The position numbers and the translations under genes are program-made. DNA of 64,000 bases from positions 163,885 through 227,884 of the forward strand of contig JAJPHT010000046.1 of assembly GCA_021325135.1 (NCBI GenBank), read 5' to 3'. The notes beneath the pieces are model-generated. The model had not been told where the DNA came from. It saw only the letters and a list, made by a program, of their open reading frames with translations, and did no database searches. Origin of the DNA: Pseudomonadota bacterium (GTDB taxonomy: Archaea; Thermoplasmatota; SW-10-69-26; JACQPN01; JAJPHT01). Every line of letters begins with the position of its first letter. Positions within the stretch are counted from its first letter, which is position 1. Positions 40,256-50,056 of this stretch are shown piece after piece.

Positions 40256-40335
40256 CTGGGACCTCGCGGGCGGCCCGCCGTCCAACGGCGCCGCAGGCTT
40301 CACGGTTCGCTTCCGCCCTTCGTCTGGTTAGGAAG

Positions 40336-40623
40336 TCCAGAGGAAGGCCGATGGATCGGGGGAACCCCAAGACTCTTCGGCCCCCATCTCAGGCTACGTG
40401 CAGGTCCTCCGAAAGCACGACGCGCCCCTCGTTGCCCCCCGACCCGATTTCCAGTTGAATCCAGGGGGAGGGGGTTCGCCGCCTCGCGGTCCGCTTCCCC
40501 TGGAGGGGCGTCGACCTCCGCTGCCCGTCCAAGCGGCCTGCCTCTTCCCGGGCGCCGCCCCCACGAAGCCCGGAAGGATCGTCGGCCAGCGAGGGGGCAA
40601 GGGCCCGCTCCAGTGGAAGCGGA
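40336..40623. promoter_or_regulatory. Cluster of ORB-like (origin recognition box) repeats; candidate replication origin
   Basis: TCCAGAGGAA (40336,+), TTCCAGTTGAAT plus G-string (40449,+), CTCCAGGGGAAGCGGA (40490-40505,-), CTCCAGTGGAAGCGGA (40608-40623,+). Confidence 0.55.
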
Positions 40624-40625
40624 GG

Positions 40626-41603
40626 ATGAAGGGCTTGGGATGCGGGTGCCTCGGCGGAGGCCGCACCCTTATCCCCCCTTCCCACGTTCGAGCGCCCGGT
40701 GTCGCGCTGATCCGCGTGGGCCTGTCCGGCTGGTCCTACCCCGAATGGGTGGGCCCCTTCTACCCGGTCCAGCTGCGCAGCGACCCCTCGGCGTGGCTCG
40801 CCTACTACGCCACGCGCTTCCGCGCGGTGGAGATCAACAGCACCTTCTATGCGCTCCCCGGCGAGGAGCTTGTCGCCTCGTGGGCGCGCCAGGGCGTCTC
40901 CTTCCTGGAGCGGGGGCCCTTCGAGTTCAGCCTCAAGCTCCCCCGCGAGGTCACGCATCAGGCGCTCCCGGCGGGCGACCGCGACGCCGCACGCGAGGTC
41001 ACGGGTCGTTTCGACCGCGAGGTGCTGGACCCCCTGGCGGGCGAAGGGCTCCTGGGCGCGGTCCTTGTGCAGCTTCCCCCGCGCCTGCCCCCCACGCCGG
41101 AGGCCGTGCGCACGCTGGCCGCCGTCATCCAGGCCCTGGAGGAGCGCCGCGTCGCGCTGGAACTTCGCGACCCGCGCTGGCTCCGCCACGGCGTCCCCGT
41201 CCCCGAGGCGGAGCCCCTCTTCGCCACGCCCGACGTCGCCCTCGTCGAGTGGGCGGGCCACGCCCAGGCCGAGCCCGTCCTCCCCCCCGTGGGCGCGAGC
41301 CACGCCTACCTGCGCCTCCACGGCCGCAAGTTCGACCCCGAGGAGACCCTCGTGGACGAGGCCGGCCACCCCCTGGAAGAGGGCGCGCGCTACGACTACC
41401 TCTACGCCCCCGACGAGCTTCGCCCCTGGGCCGAGCACGCGCTGGACCTGGAGTCGCGCGGCAAGGAGGTGCGCGTGTTCTTCAACAACACCACCAAGGC
41501 CAAGGGCACCCTCAACGCGCTGGAATTCCTGGAGATGATCGGCCAGGCCCCCGCAGGCGTCCCCAAGCCGCGGCTCACGGAGCAGACGCGGCTTGAGGTG
41601 TGA
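40626..41603 (+). CDS. DUF72 domain protein; start uncertain (conserved part begins ~40707)
   Basis: IRVG.SGWSY..W.G.FYP, VEINSTFY, F.LK.P...TH, LVQ.PP, YLRLHGR, RYDYLY, FFNN. Confidence 0.88.
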   Translation: MKGLGCGCLGGGRTLIPPSHVRAPGVALIRVGLSGWSYPEWVGPFYPVQLRSDPSAWLAYYATRFRAVEINSTFYALPGEELVASWARQGVSFLERGPFEFSLKLPREVTHQALPAGDRDAAREVTGRFDREVLDPLAGEGLLGAVLVQLPPRLPPTPEAVRTLAAVIQALEERRVALELRDPRWLRHGVPVPEAEPLFATPDVALVEWAGHAQAEPVLPPVGASHAYLRLHGRKFDPEETLVDEAGHPLEEGARYDYLYAPDELRPWAEHALDLESRGKEVRVFFNNTTKAKGTLNALEFLEMIGQAPAGVPKPRLTEQTRLEV

Positions 41604-41615
41604 GGCGGGGCTCGA

Positions 41616-42227
41616 CTACTCGGGGTCGGGGCGAAGACGGAAGAGCCTCCTCCAATCGGGCTCCATCAGGAGCAGCATCGCGGTCAGCGGAACCACGTAG
41701 AGGCTAGCGAAGGCCAGTTGCGTCTCGTTGGGCGCGATGCGCGGCAGGACGGCCACGAGCAGGACAGCGTGGATCGCCAGCCCCGCCGCGAGCCACGCGA
41801 GCCGCGAGGATCGGGCCGAGGTTGGTCGCGGAGTCACAAAGGCGCCCCACGCGGCCATCGCTCCGTAGATGACGCCGACGACAAGCCACCCGGTGGGGTC
41901 GTTGGTCTCCCAATCGCTGAACATGTGGTTGCGATGCCCGAGAGCCTCGGCCAGGGCCGGGGCCCACGTCAGGGTCGCGCTCCAAGCCGTTCCCGCGACC
42001 AACGCCAGGAGCAGGACCGAGCGGATGCCTTCCGTCGGGCTTCCCCAGGGGGATTTCCGCCGGGCGCGCCACGCCGCGAGGGCCGTGCCAAGGGCGATGG
42101 CGGGGCTCGCGAAGAGGAGCCACCACCCGGCGTCGGTCCAGGGAAGCTCCATCACGACGGCGGGAGAGCCGACGAACAGGAGCGCGGCGCCCGCGGCTGC
42201 GATCCACCACCAGGTCCGGTCGGTCAT
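41616..42227 (-). CDS. Hypothetical ~6-TM membrane protein
   Basis: Trp-rich hydrophobic helices; ATGA overlap with stop of the 1792-aa gene. Confidence 0.7.
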   Translation of the reverse strand: MTDRTWWWIAAAGAALLFVGSPAVVMELPWTDAGWWLLFASPAIALGTALAAWRARRKSPWGSPTEGIRSVLLLALVAGTAWSATLTWAPALAEALGHRNHMFSDWETNDPTGWLVVGVIYGAMAAWGAFVTPRPTSARSSRLAWLAAGLAIHAVLLVAVLPRIAPNETQLAFASLYVVPLTAMLLLMEPDWRRLFRLRPDPE

Positions 42228-45200
42228 GGCTGGGCCCCTTTCGCGTGCGCCAGGCCGCGGAGGAAAAAGAACCCATCGAACGGAGATTTCGGCTTGGCGA
42301 CGAGGGCGGCGTCCTTGGGGTCCGAGAGGCTGTACCAATGGCCCTGCCCGCTCGTTCCGTGCGTCTCAATGGTGAGGTCGAGGAGCCGGACGAGCGGAAT
42401 CTGGAGCTTGCCGACGTAGGACGACTCGCCGGAGAGCGCGATCACGTCGTTCTGGATCACGTCGCGGTCGATGGCGTCGATGGTCACGATCGCATTCTCC
42501 GGGTCCCCCGCCGCCGCGTACAGATCCGCCCCCTGCGGCAGCCTCACCCGCAGCGCGCTCCTGGTCGCGTCCCACAGCACGCCCCCGGTGGAGGGCGTCG
42601 TGGACTTGTCCAGCAGGGAGAGCGGGTTGACGGGCGTCTTGGCGTGGAGGTTGTCCAGGAGGCGGAGGTCCAGGGGGACGGTGGAGGAGGCGACCTGCAC
42701 GCTGAGGTGGAGGTCGAGGTCGGGCGCCCACGGGTCCATGGCGTCGTCGCGGCCCGTGGAGGAGAGGCCGTCGGCGGGCTCCAGCTGCTGGTAGGTCAGC
42801 GGGATCTCCAGGACGCTGGTGGCGCTGCGGGGGTCGACGTCCAGCGCGTCGAGGGCGCCGTCCGCGTCGGTGTCCGCGACGTGGGGGTTCACGGCGTGGC
42901 GGTCCCAGGCGGGGAAGCCCACGCGGTCGGCGACGGCGCTCCACGAGCCGCCCAGCCTGAGGAACTGGGCGCAGAACCAGTCGCGGGCGGCGAGCCCGAC
43001 CTCCTCGCCGTCGAGCAGGCCGTCGGCGTCGCTGTCGGAGACGCCGGGGTTCAGCTCGGGCCAGCCGCTGGGCAGGCGCTCGCGCGCGTCGCCGCCTCCC
43101 GTGGCGGTGATGCCGTAGAGGCCGTTGGCGTTGAGGTCCTCGAAGCCGTCGATCACGCCGTCGCCGTCCGCGTCGGGGTTGTCCGGCGGCGTGCTGGCGC
43201 CGCCGCCCAGGAAGGGGAGCCACGCGGGGCCCACGGCGACGCCGCCGCACTCGCGCTGCGCCAGGGGGTCCGTCCCGTAGGCGGCCGGCAGGCTGGACTG
43301 CGGCGCGGGGAGGCCGCTCTCCAGCCCGTCGGGCAGGCCGTCGTGGTCCGAGTCGGGGTCCAGCGCCCTGGTGACGGAGGCCGCGGCGCTCTCGGTGGCG
43401 TCGGTCAAGCCGTCGTCGTCCGTGTCCTGGTCGAGGACGCCCGTCTCGTCGGGGCCCCTCCTCCCGTCGTGGTCCGCGTCCTCGGCGCCGTCGGCGAGCC
43501 CGTCGCCGTCGCTGTCCGCGTCGAGGGCTGGCAGCAGGCCGTCGCCGTCGGGGTCGGTCTGCGCGACGCGGCGCTCTTCCACGGCGTCGGGCACCTGGTC
43601 GCCGTCGCCGTCCGGGCTGCACGGGTCGCCGCGGGGCGTCGCGCCCCAGGGCGCCTCGTCCCCGTCGCGCAGGCCGTCTCCGTCGCTGTCCAGCGCGTCG
43701 GGGGCGGAGGCGCCTGCGCCGCGGCACGCCGCCGAGGGCGAGCGCGCGGCGGGCGCGCCCAGGGAGAGCGGCAGGAGGATGATATCATAGGCGCCGCGGA
43801 CCGCGCCCGGGGGCAGCGCGGGAGGCGCGCCGAAGCCCGCGAAGGGGCTGCGCCCCGCGGCCTGCTCCAGGCTGGCGAGGCTCTGCGCGACCACCGGGTT
43901 TCTCGCTTCCTGGCCGTCCGTGAGCCCGTCCCCGTCGCTGTCCGCGCTGGCGGGGTCGGTGGGCGCGTAGGCGCCGCGCGGCAGCGTGGCCGTGGCGAAC
44001 TCCTCGCCGTCGGAGAGTCCGTCGCCGTCCACGTCGGGATCGCGCAGGTAGCCGTAGATCGCGGCGGCGGGCAGGTGGAGGCGCGTCGTCCACGCGACGA
44101 TCTCGTGTCCGTCGTCCACGCCGTCGCCATCGGTGTCGGGATTGCCCGGGTCGGTCATGCTGACGCCGGCCTCGAACCAGTCCGCGAGGCCATCCCCGTC
44201 GGAGTCCTGCGCCGGATTGATGACATTCCCGCCGGTGGGCACGCTGTGCGCGTCGCGCGGGTCGGAGCCCCGCTGCGCCTCGTCGAAGTCGCTGAAGCCG
44301 TCGCCATCCGTGTCGGGCCTGCTTGGATCGGTCCCCAGCACGAGGAACTCTTGCCCATCGTCGAGGCCGTCGCCGTCCGCGTCCGCCTCGCGCAGGTTGG
44401 AGACGAAGCCCGGCGTCGCGCCGCGGTAGTCCGTGCGCACCGCGTCGGGGCCGCGCTGCGCCCAGAGCGCGCGCTCGCGGCCGTCGTCGATCCCGTCCCC
44501 GTCGGTGTCCGCCTTGGCGGGGTCCGAGAGGAGCGTGGGCGCCTCGGGGTCCAGCGCCACGAGGCGCGGCGCGGGGGCGGGCCACGCAGGCGGCGCCACG
44601 GGAAGGCTCGCGCGCTCGTAGGCCTCCTTGCCGTCGGGCACGCCGTCGCCGTCCGTGTCCGGCGCCAGGGGGTCGGTGCCCAGCGCGTACTCCTGCGCGC
44701 CCAGGAGGCCGTCCCCGTCCTGGTCCGTGGGCATGAGAAGATCGTTGGCGGCGGGGTCGAGGCCCGCGCGGACCTCGGCGCCGTCCGGGATGAGGTCCCC
44801 GTCGGTGTCCGTCGCGTTGGGCCAGGCGTGGTGGGCGTACTCTGCGGAATTTGATAGCCCGTCGCCGTCCGTGTCCGCGGCCGCGTCGGCGGCGACGCGC
44901 GGGTCGAGCCCGAAGCGGACCTCCCAGCCGTCGGGCAGGCCGTCGCCGTCCGTGTCGGGGCTCCACGGGTCCGCGCCGCGCGTCGCCTCGTCCGCGTCGG
45001 AGAGGCCGTCGCGGTCCGTGTCCGCCTCTCGCGGGTCCGTGCCCGTCGCGACCTCGGCCCCGTCCGCGAGCCCGTCGCCGTCGGTGTCGGCGCGCGTGGG
45101 GTCGGTGCCCATCTCCGCCTCGCGCCCGTCGGAGAGCCCGTCCGCGTCGGTGTCGTTCGCCTCGGGGTCCGACCCCAGCGCGACCTCCGCGCCGTCGGGC

Positions 45201-47602
45201 AGGCCGTCCCCGTCGCTGTCCGCGTCGAGGATGCCCGTAAGCCCGTCGTGGTCCACGTCCGCGCTGGCCGCCGCGCGCGCCGCTTCCGCGAAGTCCGACA
45301 GGCCGTCGCCGTCGGTGTCGACGTTGGGCGCGTAGGGGTTGGAGCCGTAGTCCAGCGCCTCGCCTCGCGCCCCGCTGCCGGCCTCCGGCCCGCGGCACGC
45401 CAGCCCCTCGCCCCCGTCGCAGAGGCCATCGCCGTCGGTGTCGGCATCCAGCGGGTCGAGCCCGCGCGCGACCTCCTCCGCGTTGGGGAGCCCGTCCTGG
45501 TCCGCGTCCGCGGGGTCGACGTCCGAGCCCGGCCCCGAGGCCGGCGTGCCGTCGACGACCTCCTGGCCGTCGGCGACGCCGTCGTGGTCGGTGTCGGGGT
45601 CGTGCGGGTCGGTGCCGTCCTCGTACTCGTGGAGGTTGTCGTGGACGTAGCGCGCGCCCGCGGCCGTCGCGCCCACGTCGCCGTCCGGGTCCTGCGTCGC
45701 GTCCTCGGGGTCCCGCGCGTCGAGCCCGTGCTGCAGCTCCCAGCCGTCCGGCATGCCGTCGGCGTCCGTGTCCCAGAGATCGGCGCGCAGGCCCAGGGCG
45801 ACCTCCGCGTCGTCGCGCACGCCGTCGCGGTCGGTGTCCGCCGCGTGGGGATCGGCGCGGGCCGCGAGCTCGGCGAGGTTCGCCAGCGAGTCGCCGTCGG
45901 GGTCCAGCCCCGCGTCGGACGGGTCCGAAGGTGATAGCAGGTGGCCGGCCTCCCAGCCGTCGGGCATGCCGTCGCCGTCGGTGTCGGGGAGCGTCATGTT
46001 GGCGCCGTGCGCGGCCTCCTCCCCGTCGGGGAGCCCGTCGCCGTCGGCGTCCGCGTCGAGGAGCGCCGGCAGGCCGTCCCCGTCCAGGTCCTCGCGCGGG
46101 TCGCGGCCCAGGGCGATCCACTGCTGCGCCTCCTGCGCGTCGGGCAGGCCGTCGCCGTCCGAGTCCGCCGAGCGCGGGTCGGAACGATAGCCCGCGGGCC
46201 CGCTCTCCTGCGCGTCGGAGAGGCCGTCCCCGTCGGTGTCCGCAAGAGCAGGGTCGCTGGTGAAGCGCTGCGGGAGCCACGGCGAGCCGTGCACCTCATC
46301 GCCGTCCAGGAGCGTGTCGTTGTCGCTGTCGGGGTCGTGGGCGTTGGTGAGCCCGTCGCCGTCGGTGTCCAGCAGCGCGTCCGGGTCCAGGGGCGCGACG
46401 CCCGTGGGGCCGACCGGCGCCGCGGCGTTGGGCGGGAACGCGGAGCACGCGGGCGTGGCCGCGAAGTAGGAGGCCGCGTCGTCGCCGGGCCGGTTCCAGA
46501 GGGCCACCTCCTCGGCGTCGGAGAGGTTGTCGCCGTCGAAGTCGCGCGCGTTGGGGAAGAGCCCCTCCAGCGGGCCCACGGGGATCGTCTGCCAGGCGAA
46601 CTCGCCCGCGCTGGTGAGGCAGTCGCCATCCGGGTCGGAGAGCGCGTCCAGCGCGCCGGCCGCCGCGCGGTAGGGCGCCTCCCACGAGTCGCCCAGGCCG
46701 TCGTGGTCGCGGTCGGGCTGCGCGGCGCCCAGGCCGGGGCTCACGATATCAAAATCGCGCTGCCGCGCGAAGGCGCCCACCTTCACGGGGCCCGGCCACT
46801 CCGCGGGATCGCACGCCCAGCCGTTCTCGGGGGGCGCCGCGCGGCCGATGCCCGAGGAGCAGGCCGCCGCGCCGTAGAGGGCGTCGTCCTCCGCGGCGAT
46901 GCGCGACGTGGAGGAGGCGTAGGCCACCATGCGCAGCCCCAGGAGGATCGCAGGGTCCTGGGGGAGGAGCACGACCTCGTCGCTCCACCAGCCGGCGCAC
47001 GACTCGGGGGAGCAGCCCGCGAACTGCGGCGCGTCAGGCATGGGCTGGAGCGCCGAGGAGCCGGCGTGGTACGTGAAGCGCAGGTCGGGCGCGCTCTTGG
47101 GCTCCTCCGAGGCGGGGGCCAGCGTGGGCGCGACGGCGTCCCCGCCTCCGGAGCGGAGGCGCAGCACGGGCGCGGAGGGCTCGTCGGGCCAGCCGAAGTC
47201 CGCCCACACCGCGGCCGCGGGGTCCACCAGCGTCTCGGGGCCCCCCGCGCGGTCGGCCACGGTGAGCAGCTCCACCTCGCCGGGCGGGCAGCGGAGCGCG
47301 AGGCCGGGCGGATCGTTGAGGAAGCCCGTCGCGCGGTCGCCCACGTGGCCGTCGCCGTCGCAGTCGGACCAGAGGCCGAAGTACGCGTAGCCGCGGTACG
47401 CGGCGAGGCCCGCCGCGGCGTCGCCCCCCGCACGCACGAGCACGACGTCGAAGACGCCGCGGGTCCAGCCCGAAGGGGGAGGGCCCGCCGGCATCGCGTC
47501 GCGGGAGGTGTTGGGCTCGTCGCTCCCCCAGAGGGCGGAGGGGGCGGCGAGGGTCGCGGGGGCGAGCATCACGAGCGTGGCGGCGAGGGCGAACGCGCGC
47601 AT
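42224..47602 (-). CDS. Giant secreted Ca2+-binding repeat protein (thrombospondin type-3-like DxDxDG repeats)
   Basis: Signal peptide; about 45 D-x-D-x-D-G-L-x-D-x-x-E type motifs; non-repetitive N- and C-terminal domains. Confidence 0.88.
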   Translation of the reverse strand: MRAFALAATLVMLAPATLAAPSALWGSDEPNTSRDAMPAGPPPSGWTRGVFDVVLVRAGGDAAAGLAAYRGYAYFGLWSDCDGDGHVGDRATGFLNDPPGLALRCPPGEVELLTVADRAGGPETLVDPAAAVWADFGWPDEPSAPVLRLRSGGGDAVAPTLAPASEEPKSAPDLRFTYHAGSSALQPMPDAPQFAGCSPESCAGWWSDEVVLLPQDPAILLGLRMVAYASSTSRIAAEDDALYGAAACSSGIGRAAPPENGWACDPAEWPGPVKVGAFARQRDFDIVSPGLGAAQPDRDHDGLGDSWEAPYRAAAGALDALSDPDGDCLTSAGEFAWQTIPVGPLEGLFPNARDFDGDNLSDAEEVALWNRPGDDAASYFAATPACSAFPPNAAAPVGPTGVAPLDPDALLDTDGDGLTNAHDPDSDNDTLLDGDEVHGSPWLPQRFTSDPALADTDGDGLSDAQESGPAGYRSDPRSADSDGDGLPDAQEAQQWIALGRDPREDLDGDGLPALLDADADGDGLPDGEEAAHGANMTLPDTDGDGMPDGWEAGHLLSPSDPSDAGLDPDGDSLANLAELAARADPHAADTDRDGVRDDAEVALGLRADLWDTDADGMPDGWELQHGLDARDPEDATQDPDGDVGATAAGARYVHDNLHEYEDGTDPHDPDTDHDGVADGQEVVDGTPASGPGSDVDPADADQDGLPNAEEVARGLDPLDADTDGDGLCDGGEGLACRGPEAGSGARGEALDYGSNPYAPNVDTDGDGLSDFAEAARAAASADVDHDGLTGILDADSDGDGLPDGAEVALGSDPEANDTDADGLSDGREAEMGTDPTRADTDGDGLADGAEVATGTDPREADTDRDGLSDADEATRGADPWSPDTDGDGLPDGWEVRFGLDPRVAADAAADTDGDGLSNSAEYAHHAWPNATDTDGDLIPDGAEVRAGLDPAANDLLMPTDQDGDGLLGAQEYALGTDPLAPDTDGDGVPDGKEAYERASLPVAPPAWPAPAPRLVALDPEAPTLLSDPAKADTDGDGIDDGRERALWAQRGPDAVRTDYRGATPGFVSNLREADADGDGLDDGQEFLVLGTDPSRPDTDGDGFSDFDEAQRGSDPRDAHSVPTGGNVINPAQDSDGDGLADWFEAGVSMTDPGNPDTDGDGVDDGHEIVAWTTRLHLPAAAIYGYLRDPDVDGDGLSDGEEFATATLPRGAYAPTDPASADSDGDGLTDGQEARNPVVAQSLASLEQAAGRSPFAGFGAPPALPPGAVRGAYDIILLPLSLGAPAARSPSAACRGAGASAPDALDSDGDGLRDGDEAPWGATPRGDPCSPDGDGDQVPDAVEERRVAQTDPDGDGLLPALDADSDGDGLADGAEDADHDGRRGPDETGVLDQDTDDDGLTDATESAAASVTRALDPDSDHDGLPDGLESGLPAPQSSLPAAYGTDPLAQRECGGVAVGPAWLPFLGGGASTPPDNPDADGDGVIDGFEDLNANGLYGITATGGGDARERLPSGWPELNPGVSDSDADGLLDGEEVGLAARDWFCAQFLRLGGSWSAVADRVGFPAWDRHAVNPHVADTDADGALDALDVDPRSATSVLEIPLTYQQLEPADGLSSTGRDDAMDPWAPDLDLHLSVQVASSTVPLDLRLLDNLHAKTPVNPLSLLDKSTTPSTGGVLWDATRSALRVRLPQGADLYAAAGDPENAIVTIDAIDRDVIQNDVIALSGESSYVGKLQIPLVRLLDLTIETHGTSGQGHWYSLSDPKDAALVAKPKSPFDGFFFLRGLAHAKGAQP

Positions 47603-47750
47603 GCCCCCCGCGAGGGCGTGGGATGGCTTGAGGGGAATCCGGGGATCGCAGCACGGCGCGTCCGAAGGAGCGGGCCAGACGGGTCAGGATGCAGGCGCCC
47701 GGCTGTCTGCGCGCAACGCCCATCCGGCGCCGCGGGGCTCCCGCCCGCGC

Positions 47751-48140
47751 ATGTCGATCCCCCGCGTGCTCCTCGGCCTCGCCATCCTCGCCGCCCTCGC
47801 CCCTGCCGCCAGCGCCGCCACGGCCTTCGCCGGCGCCGTCTCCCAGGGCCAGACGCAGACCTTCACCTACAGCAGCGAGCCCCCCAAGGGCGCGCAGTGC
47901 ATCGAGTTGGCCACGACCTACACCGTGACCCTCAGCTACGCGCCCGCCAGCGACGTGCTGACGCTCGCCATCCCCGGCCACGGCTCCGTGAGCGGCAACG
48001 GCGCGACCCTCAGCTTCCAGGCTGGCGTCTGCACGCAGTTCAGCGTCTCCGTGACGGGCACCTCCGTCGCCAACGAGGCCGCCTTCGCGGTGACGGTCGT
48101 GTCGGGCGCTGCGGTCGGGCCCATCTCGTCCACGGCCTGA
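47751..48140 (+). CDS. Small secreted beta-rich protein (one Cys pair)
   Basis: MSIPRVLLGL...ASA signal peptide; Ser/Thr/Val-rich mature part. Confidence 0.75.
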   Translation: MSIPRVLLGLAILAALAPAASAATAFAGAVSQGQTQTFTYSSEPPKGAQCIELATTYTVTLSYAPASDVLTLAIPGHGSVSGNGATLSFQAGVCTQFSVSVTGTSVANEAAFAVTVVSGAAVGPISSTA

Positions 48141-48250
48141 GCGGACGATCGCAATTCCCGCTGGGGGCTCCGCCCCCTCTCCCCCCGAGAAAACGCGAAT
48201 CTCCGAATCTCAGGATCTCCGAGCGGGGGGGCGGGCCTGCGGGTCCCCGC

Positions 48251-50026
48251 TCACATCGCCCAGAACCGCGTTTCCTTCTGCTTGATCTTCTGGACTTCGC
48301 GGAGCACGTCGACCTCGTCCTGGTTGAGCATGCCCGGCGTGCGGAAGAACTTCCGCGCCTCGCCTTCGGGCACGTCCACGTAGACGATGTCGCCCTGGTC
48401 GAGTTGGCGCCCGATGGTCACCTCGTCGATGGCCACCGCGACCTCCTCGCCTGGCAAGGCCTCGCGGACGGACTCCTCGCCGCGGCGGATGCTCTTGACC
48501 TGCCCCACGACGCGGCCGTCGGAGAGGAGGAACTTCTGGTCCACGCGCAGGCGGCCCGCCAGGATGCGCATGCCCACGATGGCGGGCTTGTGCGTGCGGA
48601 AGACGTGGTCGGGCATGAGGAGCACCTTGCCCGGGAACGTCATCTGCTCGCGAAGCTGCTTCTCCACGTCCTGGCTCTTCGCCTTCACCCACTGCTCGTA
48701 CTCGTCCAGCAGGCTGTAGATGATGTCGCTGGTGAGGACCTTGATGTCCTCGAAGTCCTTGGTGGCCAGCGCCTCCTGCGCGTCGGGGAGGACCTTGACG
48801 TTGAAGGAGAGGATCGCCTTGTGCGTCGGCTTCTTGATGGTGGTCGCGTCGATGAGGTCGCGCTTGCTGATGTTGCCGACCTCCGCGCGCTTGATGGGGA
48901 TCTTGCGGTCCTTCAATTCCGAGGCGAGGGCCTCGAGGCTGCCCAGCGTGTCGGCCTTGACGAACACGCCCTCGTCCTCCAGCGCGATGCTGACGCGCGC
49001 CTGCTCGGCCACCTCGTCGGTGACCGCCTTGAGCTGCTCCCCGTCGCGCACGACGACGAGGGGCGAGCCCGCGAGCACGCCCTCCAGGTCCTGCGCGACG
49101 ATCTTGACGCCCGCCGCCGCGGTGATCTCCTTGCTGGCGCTGAAGGGCTCGCGGTGGTCGCGCATCTCGTCCTTGGGCTTCGGGCGCAGCAGGCCCTTGA
49201 CCTTGGTGACCTTGGGCTGGCCCGTCGTGCCCAGCACGATGGTGTCGCCCGCGCGGATGTTGCCATCGTAGATGATGGCGTTGAGCGTGAGGCCCAGGCC
49301 CGTCTCCTGCTTGACCTCCAGCACCGTGCCGCGCCCCGTGACGCCGGTGTCGGTCTCCAGCTTCTTCTCCAGGAAGCGCTGCGCGAGGCCCACGAGCGTC
49401 ATGAGGAGGTCGGGGATGCCCTCGCCGGTCTTGGCGGAGAGGGGCACGACGGCGACGCTCTTGGTGAAGTCCGAGATGCGGTCGATGCGGTCCGCGCTGG
49501 GCACGCCGTTCTCCGTCAGCGAGCCGATGACCTCGTAGGTCTTCGTGTCCAGCTTCTCCAGCACGCCCTCGCTCTGCTGCTTGACGCCCAGCATGAAGGG
49601 GCGCATGGGCTCGCTCTCCCAGCCGTGGATGAGGTCCACCTTGTTGGCGGCCACGACGAAGGGCGTGCGGTTCTTGCGCAGGATGGAGAGCGCCTCCTTC
49701 GTCTGGGGCTTGAACCCCTCGTTGATGTCGACCACAAGGACCGCGATGTCGGCCAGCGCGCCGCCGCGGGCCCTCAGGCTGCTGAACGCGTGGTGCCCCG
49801 GCGTGTCGATGAACAGGAGGCCAGGCACCTTGAACTCGCGCCCCTTCATGAGGGGCCCGCACACCTCGCGGATGCTATCAAGGGGCATCTCGGAGGCGCC
49901 GATGTGCTGCGTGATGGCGCCCGCCTCGCGCGACGCGACGGTGGAGCCGCGGATCTTGTCCAGGAGGCTCGTCTTCCCGTGGTCCACGTGGCCGAGGACG
50001 CTGACGATGGGCTGGCGCGTGGACAT
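48251..50026 (-). CDS. infB: Translation initiation factor aIF5B (IF-2)
   Basis: RQPIV..LGHVDHGKT, GAITQHIGA, DTPGH, NKVD, KADTLGSLEAL; archaeal length, FWAM C-terminus. Confidence 0.97.
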   Translation of the reverse strand: MSTRQPIVSVLGHVDHGKTSLLDKIRGSTVASREAGAITQHIGASEMPLDSIREVCGPLMKGREFKVPGLLFIDTPGHHAFSSLRARGGALADIAVLVVDINEGFKPQTKEALSILRKNRTPFVVAANKVDLIHGWESEPMRPFMLGVKQQSEGVLEKLDTKTYEVIGSLTENGVPSADRIDRISDFTKSVAVVPLSAKTGEGIPDLLMTLVGLAQRFLEKKLETDTGVTGRGTVLEVKQETGLGLTLNAIIYDGNIRAGDTIVLGTTGQPKVTKVKGLLRPKPKDEMRDHREPFSASKEITAAAGVKIVAQDLEGVLAGSPLVVVRDGEQLKAVTDEVAEQARVSIALEDEGVFVKADTLGSLEALASELKDRKIPIKRAEVGNISKRDLIDATTIKKPTHKAILSFNVKVLPDAQEALATKDFEDIKVLTSDIIYSLLDEYEQWVKAKSQDVEKQLREQMTFPGKVLLMPDHVFRTHKPAIVGMRILAGRLRVDQKFLLSDGRVVGQVKSIRRGEESVREALPGEEVAVAIDEVTIGRQLDQGDIVYVDVPEGEARKFFRTPGMLNQDEVDVLREVQKIKQKETRFWAM

Positions 50027-50056
50027 GCTCTCGGGCGCGCTGAGGCTCGGCCTGGC

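Noticed and set aside
37661-41596. 1311-aa plus-strand ORF, and likewise 45941..50914, 55522..58182, 61026..63977, 20682..22919, 42245..44854
   Set aside because: Antisense or off-frame shadows of mcm, infB and other real genes; Arg/Gly/Ala-rich without motifs, as expected at this GC content. Only short terminal parts of 20682.. and 61026.. are real genes
42800-46720. Recurrent gccgtcgccgtc nucleotide repeats as a DNA-level element
   Set aside because: Fully explained by the coding DxDGDG repeats on the minus strand
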